Assembly (NCBI GenBank): GCA_977862235.1
Contig: OZ374564.1
Span: 310,001 to 374,000, forward strand
From: Dudresnaya verticillata
Taxonomy: Eukaryota
DNA length: 64,000 nucleotides
Reading direction: 5' to 3'
Shown here: positions 1-9,665 of the stretch, one piece after another
How the letters are laid out: each line of letters starts with the position of its first letter
Numbering within the stretch: the stretch's first letter is position 1
Program-made: the position numbers and the translations under genes
The notes under the pieces: model-generated
What the model was told of the DNA's origin: nothing
Seen by the model: only the letters and a program-made list of their open reading frames with translations
The model's database searches: none

Positions 1-406
1 CGCTTCACAGAAGGGGACACTACGGAACCGGCTCAGGATTAGTTCCTGCTTTGCCCTCGGTACCCTGGTTCTGTTGCGAATCGAAAGCAATGGCAAGTGA
101 ACAGAATCCTGATATGTTCTCTTCAGAAAAGTTCCTACTGGCCGCAAGGCTTCAGTCAGCAGAATCTCCCTGCATGTATCGTGAGAAGTTCTGCTGCAGC
201 ACCTTTTCTCTTGATTGAAGGCAAGTCACAACTCATATTTTTGTGGATGGGGACTCTAACCCTTTGGTCGCGGTATTATGGAAAAATATCGCTGGTGCCT
301 GACACAGGCTCCGGGAACATTGGCGATTCTCGCAGAAGGATGCGGCAATACTCACAGCCCAAGCCACATACGGCGTGGTTTATGTGGGAGAGTAATGGCG
401 GGCTCT

Positions 407-407
<1 letters not shown>

Positions 408-444
<37 letters not shown>
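408..444. repeat. (CT)n microsatellite
   Basis: Uninterrupted CT dinucleotide run upstream of the formin gene. Confidence 0.95.
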
Positions 445-448
<4 letters not shown>

Positions 449-1092
449 TCCCCCTCTCAGTTCCTACGCATCAAGGAACAAGAGAGTGGTGTTCTCCCGA
501 GCGCGCTCGCTCCTGTCATGCATGTGGGCTGCCGATGAGTTTAAAACATTTTTCGCGCAAACAAGCAGGGAATGCTGACGATGGACCGTGGACTTCTCTC
601 GCGAAGGCGGCTGGACACATGGAAGGTGAGATTCTGAGCTAGGGTTGGAGAGTGCAGCACGGAGCCCAAAATATTTGGGCGTCGGTGCCTCCCGCGGGCT
701 TACAGAAGCCCTCTGTAAGGCTGCCGGTGACGTTTTACGATGCCGATGAGGAACAACCTGAAAAAAAAAGCCTGTTCCCAAATTCCCCCAAAAGAGCCCC
801 TTTCGCGCACTTTCGCGACTCTCACACTCACTTCACACGCCCACAGACCAAACTGTGCCACAAGGCCCTGTCCTTGTCCTGCTTGACGGTACAGCAACAG
901 GCCTGGAGTCGCCTCCCTTCTGACCCAGCCCATCCCCCGCGCTTCATGCCGCGCCGCGCCCCGCCAGTCGGTGGCCGCCACCCGCACCCGCCCCGCCAGT
1001 GACCCCGCGCCCCCCTCCCACAAGCTCCCCCCCCCACCCCACCCCACCCTCCCCGCCCAGACACTGCGCGCCCCGCCCACCGCTGCCGCCCC

Positions 1093-4000
1093 ATGAAGGG
1101 CATCTTCCAGACCTTCTACAAGAAGCCCAAGGCCGCGCGCAAGGTCCACGAGCTAGTCGATGGCGTCTTCATCGCCCTCTATGATGAGAACTCCTTTGCG
1201 GATGACATGGGCCATGCGCTGCAGAAGGCCTACCGCAAGTATGGCGAGACACGCCAGGTCCTCGTGCTCGACGCTGGCGCACGCGGCGAGGAGCCCTGGA
1301 TGACAGACATCTTCCCTGGTGTCCTTGTCACCACCACCGCCCATCTGGGACCCTACTTCCTCGTTCCTTCACTCTCTTCGCTGTTCGAGGTTTGTGCCGA
1401 TGCGTGCGACTGGCTCACCAGCGGCGTCAGGTCTGGCAAGCAGCACATCGTCCTCATTCTTGCGCGAAACGAAATCTGCGACGATTATCGCCCGCTTACG
1501 GCCCTGGCGCTGGTCGCAAGCGCATATTTGACATACGTGCGTGTCTACGAGAATGGCATTGGCGCCTTGGAAGCATTCAAAAAGCTCGTGAAAGATACGG
1601 GCATGTGCTCCGAGCGGCAACTGCAGAACGACACCCTCGTTCCAAATCTGTACCAGTACCTCAGGTTCTTTACCATGCTGCGGATCAATAAGAAATTTCC
1701 CAATGTTCGTCCACTGCAGATGGCAAAAATCCTCGTCCAAGGGTCTGTGCTTATCGATGATCAGCCTTGGAATCCTGTTGTGCGCATCTACCAACCGGGA
1801 AGGGCAGAAGGCCGTCAGTGCACCACCATTACGCAGAAGGACAATGGTCTTGGAAATGATGTTATGATTGGCACGGGCTATGCGAGTTTCGTATTGGACG
1901 AGGTTATTGCGGGCGACGTAGTCATTGCGTTTGAACACTGGGTTCCGATTAGTGACGATACCAGGCCAGTGTTTACTATTGCAAGACATACAGGGTTCTT
2001 GCAACCGCCGTATCACAGAGTTATGTTCAAAGATGTTGAAATGGCTCCAGCTCTGGCGAGCAAGATTACGGTTGAAAAAGACTTCGGCGTCGACTTGTTT
2101 TTTGAGAATGTTGAGGTTCCAGGCGATTTAGATCCCCAAGACTTCTCAGAGGAGGCTTTGGGGGAGTATGCGGATGTCTTGGGAATTGAGAATGCTCAGT
2201 TGATTGGTCGTGTTGCGGACCTGTACGAGGTTGTTGAAGATATTGTTGAGCATGCGCCAGACTCCCCGCCGCCATGTATGAAGGCTATCGCCTCAGCAAC
2301 TCAAACAGTGCACCACCCGAGCGGAGATTTTGTTGAGGAGCTTCGGCAAAGGCAAAAGAGGGAAGCAGAGCAGATTCGAATACTTCAAAGCGGCGATGCA
2401 GACCGAAAGGTGAAGCTGCTCGAGCAAGTCCTGGGAATCGAGGTGGAGGCCGGTACAGTGAATGACTTTGTAGAGGCATTTGTTCAGTACAACGAAGAAG
2501 TTGCGAATGAGGAGCAGGTGGACAAGTTCACGCGGCAGCGAACTGCGAAAACTTTGTTTGATAAGACGTTCACAGGGAAGAGGTCCTCTTTGCAGAATGC
2601 AGATGCGTTGTCCTCGGAGGATGATGGGTTCGGGGATATTGCGCGATACATCGACGAAGAGGAGCTTGACGAAATTGATGTGCTAGCTAGAATGGGAAAA
2701 CAAGGACGAGATTCCTCATCAGAAGGAGGCGAAGAGGGCGAAGAGGGCGATGAGGCTCTGAGAGAGAAAAAGGATGCTGCTGTCTTGCATGAAGCTGTCC
2801 AAGTGCTGTTGAGAGGTGTTAAGAAGTCCGGGAGAACAGATAGGTTCCGGGCAGATGATGTCCTCAAGAAAAGTGCAGACTCTTTGGACGAGTCAGAACT
2901 TATAGAGCAGATCACAGGTGCGGTGCAGGCGTTGGTTACGGAATCCAAAGACAGGGGTCTGGATGGGAATAGTCGCAAGTTTTTCTCGGCACAGGAGGTG
3001 GTTGACCGCGTCAAGGTCATGCGCCACGAAGCGGACCCGTTGTCACCGAGAACACCACAATCAAGGCCACCCGCCGTTCCCCCGCCTTTATCAGCAGAAA
3101 CGACAGCAGCCGCGCCGGCACTACCCCCAGCACCGGCACCGCCCCCCGCCTCGGCACCGCCCCCCGCCTCGGCACCGCCCCCAGCACCAGCGCCAGGACC
3201 AGCAGGACCAGCATTGGCACCGGCAGCAGGACCAGCACCGGCACCAGCAGCAGGACCAGCAGCAGGACCAGCACCGGCACCGGCACTGCCACCACCTCCA
3301 CCTCCACCTCCAACAGGGCTGAGACCCCCAACAAAAGCTCCTGGGAGTGGAGCAGGAGCCCCGCCGCCACCGCCGCCGCCACCTCCTCGCCCCCCTACAA
3401 AAGCTCCTGGGAGCGGGACAGGAGCCCCACCGCCACCGCCGCCACCGCCGCCACCGCCTCACCCTCTAAGACCACCCCAAAGCGGCCCACAAGGAGCTGG
3501 GGGCCCCCCGCCACCACCTCCGCCACCTCCAATACGGGCACCACCAGGGGCTGGCGGTCCGCCGCCGCCGCCGCCGCCACCTCCGGCCCCGACGAAAGCT
3601 GGAGGCCCTCCCCCTCCACCCCCTCCCCCACCGCCACGAAGACCAGGTGGTGCTCCACCGCCACCGCCGCCACCACCAGGAGGGTTGCGAAAACCGGGAC
3701 CGCCAGTTCCTCCCCCCGTTGGCGCGCTACGACGTCCAGGGAAGAATGGTCCACCGTTGCCACCGAAAGGTGGGCCACCTGCACCCGGGGGTGCACCTAG
3801 CGCTCCAAGGGGAGGTCCTGCTCCATCTGCCCCTGCGCCACAGAAGAGAAATGATACCAAGCGCGTGAACTGGAACACAATATCAAACATGAAGGTCAAC
3901 AAGACCTTGTACGGGAAGCAAGAGTTCCAGGAGACAGTATCCTTAGATGACGAGATACAAAAGGAGCTACTAGAAAAGTTCAGTAGTCGTCCCCCTCCGA

Positions 4001-5457
4001 AAGTTTTCGACAAAGAGGAGGAAGAAAAGAAGATCGCTCAAGCTGCAGCGGGTCCAAAGACAGCGGGTATTCTTGAGAACAAGAGAATAACAAATATCTT
4101 GATCATGCTGCGGAAGATCTCAGCTACCCCGAAGGAAATATCTCAGGCAGTGAAGTCCTTGGATCCCCTCAGTGAGACCTTGTCCCTTGACAGTGTCAAC
4201 TTGCTCTTCGTGAACGAGTACAAGGAGGAAGAGATAGCAATGGCAAGAAACTTCGCGGCACCTGAAGAGGATGTCGAGAAGCTCAATGATGCCGAGGCGC
4301 TCGCGTACTATGTTGCAAGAATTCCAAGGTGGAACTTGAAGATCAAAACCATGGTGACGATGAGAACAGCCGCTGAAGTGGAGGATGAGATACGAGGATC
4401 TTTAACCATTGTTATTTCTGCATGTAAGGAAGTTCGGGGCTCTAAGAGACTGGAGCGCGTCCTTGCTTCAGTTCTAGCCATTGGCAACTTTCTGAATGCA
4501 GGGACAGCTAAAGGATCCGCCCGTGGGTTCAGACTAGAAACGCTTCCAAAACTATGCGAGACAAAAGCAACCGACAGGGGAGTGAATTTGCTACACTACA
4601 TAACTGAAATGCTAGCAAAGAAGGACCCTGATGCCCTGAAGTTCACTGAAGATATGCACAACGTGTCAAAAGCAAGGCGCATTGCCAAAGAGGACGTCGC
4701 ACGTGAATTGACAACATTCCAACGGGCGGTGGCAGTAATGGGTAGAGAAATCACAGCAATGGTGAAAGAGGATGAGTTGAGCGGTGGGAAGAAGAATATG
4801 TCACTGCCGAGCACGCCACCGCCACCGAAGTCGGCACGTCGGCTCTCCAATCTCTCAGATGCTATGCTCTCGTCACCGACTGCTTCGGGGCATATGAAAT
4901 CTCTAGCAAAAGATGACGTGAACGGGGACGCTAAAACTGATTCGAAGCAAGAGTCAGAAATGAATGGAACGAAGGACAAAGCTGAGAATGGTGGTGAACC
5001 TGAGTCTAAAAATGCACTTGCAGTTGCCAGAGCAATATATTCAAAGGCAGAAGCTGCCGTTACTGAACTGCAAACATTACAGGAAGAGATGTTGCGATCA
5101 TTCTCTGTGCTTGCGGAGCATCTGGGAGAGGATACCAAGTCGGCAAAGGTCGAGGAGCTCTTCAACACTCTTTCTCAGTTCATCGAACACTTTAGACAGA
5201 GCGTGAAAGACAACAATACGAGAGAAGAAGAGGCTGCTAGAAAGAAGAGACTGGCGAAACGTCATGCTGAAGATCAAGAGAAGCGAAAGAAGCGAGCAAG
5301 TCAGAATATGGCGGAAAAAGAAGACTCACCCACGGCAAGTCCAATCGCTGTCTCCGGAAAGCAAAGTTCATCGTCGAAAAACGCTTTACCACAAATTCCA
5401 AACTCAACTCCTAACTCAGATCAACAAGTGACCGCTTCAGACACTCGCAAGGGCTGA
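1093..5457 (+). CDS. Formin with N-terminal PTEN-like/C2 region, proline-rich FH1 and FH2 domain (class II-like architecture)
   Basis: Intronless 1454-aa ORF. Polyproline FH1 at ~3060-3840. FH2 motifs KRVNWNTI, KRITNILIML and LAIGNFLNAGTAKGSARGFRLETLPKL (GNxMN-like). The N-terminal region resembles tensin-type phosphatase plus C2 (PNLYQYLRFF...IAGDVVIAF...FTIARHTGF). Confidence 0.93.
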   Translation: MKGIFQTFYKKPKAARKVHELVDGVFIALYDENSFADDMGHALQKAYRKYGETRQVLVLDAGARGEEPWMTDIFPGVLVTTTAHLGPYFLVPSLSSLFEVCADACDWLTSGVRSGKQHIVLILARNEICDDYRPLTALALVASAYLTYVRVYENGIGALEAFKKLVKDTGMCSERQLQNDTLVPNLYQYLRFFTMLRINKKFPNVRPLQMAKILVQGSVLIDDQPWNPVVRIYQPGRAEGRQCTTITQKDNGLGNDVMIGTGYASFVLDEVIAGDVVIAFEHWVPISDDTRPVFTIARHTGFLQPPYHRVMFKDVEMAPALASKITVEKDFGVDLFFENVEVPGDLDPQDFSEEALGEYADVLGIENAQLIGRVADLYEVVEDIVEHAPDSPPPCMKAIASATQTVHHPSGDFVEELRQRQKREAEQIRILQSGDADRKVKLLEQVLGIEVEAGTVNDFVEAFVQYNEEVANEEQVDKFTRQRTAKTLFDKTFTGKRSSLQNADALSSEDDGFGDIARYIDEEELDEIDVLARMGKQGRDSSSEGGEEGEEGDEALREKKDAAVLHEAVQVLLRGVKKSGRTDRFRADDVLKKSADSLDESELIEQITGAVQALVTESKDRGLDGNSRKFFSAQEVVDRVKVMRHEADPLSPRTPQSRPPAVPPPLSAETTAAAPALPPAPAPPPASAPPPASAPPPAPAPGPAGPALAPAAGPAPAPAAGPAAGPAPAPALPPPPPPPPTGLRPPTKAPGSGAGAPPPPPPPPPRPPTKAPGSGTGAPPPPPPPPPPPHPLRPPQSGPQGAGGPPPPPPPPPIRAPPGAGGPPPPPPPPPAPTKAGGPPPPPPPPPPRRPGGAPPPPPPPPGGLRKPGPPVPPPVGALRRPGKNGPPLPPKGGPPAPGGAPSAPRGGPAPSAPAPQKRNDTKRVNWNTISNMKVNKTLYGKQEFQETVSLDDEIQKELLEKFSSRPPPKVFDKEEEEKKIAQAAAGPKTAGILENKRITNILIMLRKISATPKEISQAVKSLDPLSETLSLDSVNLLFVNEYKEEEIAMARNFAAPEEDVEKLNDAEALAYYVARIPRWNLKIKTMVTMRTAAEVEDEIRGSLTIVISACKEVRGSKRLERVLASVLAIGNFLNAGTAKGSARGFRLETLPKLCETKATDRGVNLLHYITEMLAKKDPDALKFTEDMHNVSKARRIAKEDVARELTTFQRAVAVMGREITAMVKEDELSGGKKNMSLPSTPPPPKSARRLSNLSDAMLSSPTASGHMKSLAKDDVNGDAKTDSKQESEMNGTKDKAENGGEPESKNALAVARAIYSKAEAAVTELQTLQEEMLRSFSVLAEHLGEDTKSAKVEELFNTLSQFIEHFRQSVKDNNTREEEAARKKRLAKRHAEDQEKRKKRASQNMAEKEDSPTASPIAVSGKQSSSSKNALPQIPNSTPNSDQQVTASDTRKG

Positions 5458-5983
5458 CAATAAACTCGATTTCTTCGGGAAGTTTATTGTACCTTTGTGT
5501 TCCAGGGGTAAGCAGCGGCAGTATGTATACTAATGTTTAAGCATCCCTAAATTCATCTCGGGTTTGAGTACAGCAGGAGGACGTCGAAGGGAAGAAGCTG
5601 AACCTTCCCGAGAGATTACGAAAGCCCAGAATAGATTAGGTAGCGATATATATGTTCGAGAAAAACATGCCGGGATTCGAGCGGACCAAACACTTGCTCA
5701 CGTGTTGGCAACTGGATACAAATCAAGGCTGCTATCACCCATTTCCTCTTCGTAGGGTATGCAGCTGATGTTTTGCAGACAGCGGAAAATATTTCGGTCT
5801 TGGCTATCGTGGCGCCGCGCTCAAACTGGTGCCCTTTGTTCCGGCGAAATGGACGCCGTTTCGTAGGGAGATACAGTAGGGTAACTATTGTGAGGTTGCC
5901 AGTATCCGAACCTTCAGCGTTGGATTGCTCGCAAGGAATGCGAAATCATAGGGCAACTGTGCTTGGTGTCACTCTCTACGATA

Positions 5984-6629
5984 TCACTGCTTGTCTACTA
6001 GAACACGCTCCTCAAAGTCTTTCCGTATACGTAAGCAGCGGTCATACAGATCACAGTCAAGACCTGCCATGTCTCGGCACAGTCTTGCCGAGAGCACCAG
6101 TTCCTAGTCCCACAGCACCGCAAACATGACTTGTACTGTCAGCAAAAGCCTGATTTCGCAGGTTGAACGAAAGATTCTGTGAAACAGAATGGTAACGAGA
6201 CGCACGTTATCTTCTCTCCTTTCAAGTTCTCCCAAGAATTGAAGCAGCATTCCCGGACGGATTTGCCCAAACGGTTTCAGGCGTTCGCTGTTGACTTGGA
6301 GTTCTTTTCCATGATACTGGACAGTGAGCGTTTCAGCTCCAGCTTCGACTCTCTTCACTCTGATCAAACGCTCAAATTAGGTGCAGCATTTTCCATTTGC
6401 GTTAGTGTTGGCAGGCCGTTACGGACGCCGTGGAGACGATGAGAAAAACCAGATGGAAAGAAGAACTGCGGCATGGAGACAAAGTATGGGAGCCGCTCTG
6501 TTGAGTTGCTTACCTTCCGAGAACACGGATGGAATTACCATGAACTGCATCTGGAGCCCATGCATGTAGCTCTGATAGCTGCATGATTCGCCCACTGCGA
6601 ATGTTCGGCATGTCAGCTGCTGCCGCCAT
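5984..6629 (-). CDS. TEN1: CST complex subunit TEN1 (OB fold), 3 exons
   Basis: Exons 6629-6514, 6359-6206 and 6103-5984, joined by GTAAGC..CTAAT..CAG and GTGCGT..TAG introns. Product is 129 aa: MAAAADMPNIRSGRIMQLSEL...SIRVLGR...GMLLQFLGEL...LVLSARLCRDMAGLDCDLYDRCLRIRKDF. This matches TEN1 motifs (SLRVxGRL, YQFIGEL, LQARxxRxVDGxDLxLY). Confidence 0.85.
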
Positions 6630-7007
6630 GATCTCTGCTATACTTGTGCCAGCGAGCGTCTTCTTTTCTCCTGAGCACGGCTGTGAACCACGTGGGCTAA
6701 CCTTTAGCTCGAAATCGGCGTACAGTAGCTTCACCTTGGCTCGAAATCGGCTTGCAGCCGTGACACAGGACTCCAGAAATCGGAGTAAATTTCGGGCTCG
6801 ATTTGCACTTTGATCGGCTCGATCCGCCATCAAAGTCATCGTTCACGTTTTCTCTTTGTTTCGGAATTAAACCCTAGACGGAGTTCATCTTCGGGAATGA
6901 GCCTCACTTCGTTTGTGTAGTTTCTTTCCCCTGGTTGCGGCGCATAATCTCTCGTTTTAGCTAGTAGAGCAGTGCTCAGAGTGCTCTGCACTCGCTATCG
7001 AACCACC

Positions 7008-8048
7008 ATGGAGCGTTTCCGCAAGTTGGGCATGACGGAGAGAGCCCATTTGAATGGCGTGTGGGGTCTGTCTGTCGTCAACGAGTTCGGGGCCGACAAT
7101 GTCGCACAATTTGTTACGGGTGGAGCTGATGGAAAACTGAAGACCTGGAGAATACGTTCGGAAAAGGAAATGGTCGGTGAAGACACAATGGAGAAGTCCA
7201 ACCCCGATGAAACCCTTGATTCATGCGTTTTGCTCAACACTTTTGCGGGCCACGCGCTGCCAGTTGTCGGCGTTGCCGTTTCAAGGAACGGGGATACAGC
7301 TGTTTCGACGTCTTTGGATGGATCTGTGAGGATTTGGAATCTTTCGAGTGAAGATGCGGATAAGAAGTCGATTCAGAACCTGAACGTTTCTGAGACCTGG
7401 GGAATAGCTATTTCCGCAGACGGAGAAAGGGCTATTACCGGAGGTGCAAACGGCGTGGTGCAGGTTATTGATACAAACCTAAGCGTGGTTGAGCAGACGT
7501 GTTCTATCTCTCAGAATCAGTCGGATGCCAAGGAGACGGCGAAGCGGGAAAACGCGATGGTGATGTCGGTGGCGCTGAACGCAGACAATACTCATGTTGC
7601 AGTCGGAGCACATGATGGATCAGTTACCATCATTGATGTTGAGACCGGCAAAGTTGTTGGAGCGAAGTTTTCAAAACACGGTGGCCCGGTGCGGTCCATC
7701 GCCTACCTTCCGGCAGAGCCACGGACACTAGTCACAGCTTCGGACGACCAGCTTGTAAATCTGTACGACGTGGATTCTGGGCATGTTACGGGAAGCTGCC
7801 GGGGCCATACCGGGATGGTGCTGTCAGCGCGTGGGTCTGATGACGGGAAATACATTGTGAGCGGGGGAAGTGATCGCGGGGTACGCGTTTGGGACCGCAT
7901 GATGAAGGAAAGTGTATATACGTTCAAGGGCCATCAGGATTCGGTTTGGGGTGTGTCCTATGCTCTGGGTGGGTCACGCATAGTGTCTGTGGCGGATGAC
8001 GGATGTATCGGCGTGCTCGATAGCTCGAACGCGGATGTAGTTCAGTAA
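7008..8048 (+). CDS. WDR61: WD40 repeat protein SKI8/WDR61 (VIP3)-like
   Basis: About seven WD40 repeats. N-terminal AHLNGVWGL, then GHALPVVGVA, HGGPVRSIAY..LVTASDD and GHQDSVWGVSY...IVSVADDG, as typical of SKI8/WDR61. Start taken at the first ATG (ACCACCATGG). Confidence 0.8.
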   Translation: MERFRKLGMTERAHLNGVWGLSVVNEFGADNVAQFVTGGADGKLKTWRIRSEKEMVGEDTMEKSNPDETLDSCVLLNTFAGHALPVVGVAVSRNGDTAVSTSLDGSVRIWNLSSEDADKKSIQNLNVSETWGIAISADGERAITGGANGVVQVIDTNLSVVEQTCSISQNQSDAKETAKRENAMVMSVALNADNTHVAVGAHDGSVTIIDVETGKVVGAKFSKHGGPVRSIAYLPAEPRTLVTASDDQLVNLYDVDSGHVTGSCRGHTGMVLSARGSDDGKYIVSGGSDRGVRVWDRMMKESVYTFKGHQDSVWGVSYALGGSRIVSVADDGCIGVLDSSNADVVQ

Positions 8049-8386
8049 TAAGGTTTTTCCTACGGGAACTTGTTCCTTCGGGAACGGCGTGTAAAGATAC
8101 TGAGGTGCCTGGTAGGCTGCTAAAAGGTGACGGGGGCAACATTTTGTTTATTATATAGTACGTAGGGAAACGTGATGACATCGGTGCGAGAGGACGCAAC
8201 AGTACGGTACAGTCGAAACAGAGTCGGCTTGTGAGCCGTGCGGTGGAGGAAACACAAAAAGGATGTGGGCTGAATGTGCAAGCAGCAGCGCACAGCAACA
8301 GCAAATGGCAAAACCACTGATGGGGTGCGTAACGGTGCGGAGCGTGAGGACAAAAAGAAAATGGAAGGGAACAGATGGGGTGGATA

Positions 8387-9100
8387 CTATTGTACAGAGC
8401 ACAAATTGTTGGGGGACTTCGGTGACGGGGGTGCCTCCAGTTCGGGTGCGGCGGGTGCTGGGGCGACATGGGAGTTTTGCAAGTTTTGATTGATGATACG
8501 GAGGACCTTCGTGAAAACCTCCTCGGCATTGTATGCGGTATATGCAGAGCTCTCGATGTAGGGAATACCCTCAGTGTCCGCCCACGTCTGGGCAACGTGC
8601 TTTGGGACTTGGCGGTCATCTGAAACATCGACCTGATTCCCCACGAGGACTCGTGGGACCTCGGCGACACCCTTACGATGAGTGAAACTGACGCCAAGCG
8701 TGTCCAGGAGTTTGTAGTTGAGGGCCTTTATGACCTTAAAAGAGTTCTCGTCGCGCACGGAAAACATAAGCACATAGCCATCCACGCCCGTGGTGTAGCG
8801 TAGGCCAAACTCGGAGGTCTCATTTTGGCCGTCGGTGTCATCAATGCTGACGTCATAATCGACGCCGTCCAAGAAGGGCTGCCATCGGTACATGTCCTGA
8901 AAGGTCTGCAAATAGTCCGGCTCGAACCTGTTGAGGGCGCATCGAATCGACAGCGCGCTCTTCCCAACGCCGCGGGCACCTAGCACAGCAATGCGCTTGT
9001 GTACAGAAAACTCTCGAGGCGGCGCGACGGGTCCCGGGTCCTCGGGTGCCGGCGGCGGGTGCGACGCGCGCGCAACGGCGGCGGCATCCAGGTTGGTCAT
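8387..9100 (-). CDS. RHEB: Ras-family small GTPase, Rheb-like, with C-terminal CaaX (CSVQ)
   Basis: P-loop GARGVGKS carries the Rheb-diagnostic Arg. DTDGQ, GYVLMFSV, SFKVIKALNYKLLD, VLVGNQVD and ESSA align with Rheb. The protein ends in CSVQ. First ATG at 9100. Confidence 0.85.
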   Translation of the reverse strand: MTNLDAAAVARASHPPPAPEDPGPVAPPREFSVHKRIAVLGARGVGKSALSIRCALNRFEPDYLQTFQDMYRWQPFLDGVDYDVSIDDTDGQNETSEFGLRYTTGVDGYVLMFSVRDENSFKVIKALNYKLLDTLGVSFTHRKGVAEVPRVLVGNQVDVSDDRQVPKHVAQTWADTEGIPYIESSAYTAYNAEEVFTKVLRIINQNLQNSHVAPAPAAPELEAPPSPKSPNNLCSVQ

Positions 9101-9665
9101 GCCTCTCGGCTCGGGAGCGGGTGCCGGTGCGGAAGCCAGCGTGCCGCAGCCGGCGCGGTTGGACAAGAGACGGGGCGCGGTCGGTGCCCAGGGGGTCGGG
9201 AAGGACAGGGGAAAGCTGAAAGCTCAAAACTGAAAAGCGCGCGGCAGGGCGGGCGGAACGCCGCGCTGCACGCGTTACACGTAGGCGGAGCCCGTGGCTG
9301 AGCCGCAGACCGCTGACCGGAGCCGCAGACAGGTGCCGCAGCCGCCCCACGCTGATCCGGATATAATCGCATCCCGATCCACGTTAGATCCGGATTTACA
9401 TGCACGCCGCTTCACAGCCCACACCGCCCGCCGTCCAGCCGCATCGCTACCGCCCGCGTCTTCCGCTCCGCCGCGCTCGCACACCCTCGCCGTCCGCCAC
9501 CACCCCCTTGAGCGCCCTCCCGCCGCCACTCCGACGCCCCACTCCCCCACCCCCTTGCCGCGCCCATCTTCCGTCCCGTGCGCCACTCGCCTCACCTCCG
9601 GCGCAGATCCCCCCTACGGCCGCATTCGGCGTGTGAGGACGGCACAGCCGTCTGCGTGCTCCACC

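Noticed and set aside
97..1002. ORFs upstream of the formin (181 aa, 116 aa)
   Set aside because: They run through a CT microsatellite and the C-rich leader, and show no recognisable domain.
9294..9665. N-terminal extension of the NAA15 ORF in the ORF track
   Set aside because: Non-ATG start in a C-rich 5' leader; homology begins at the ATG at 9666.
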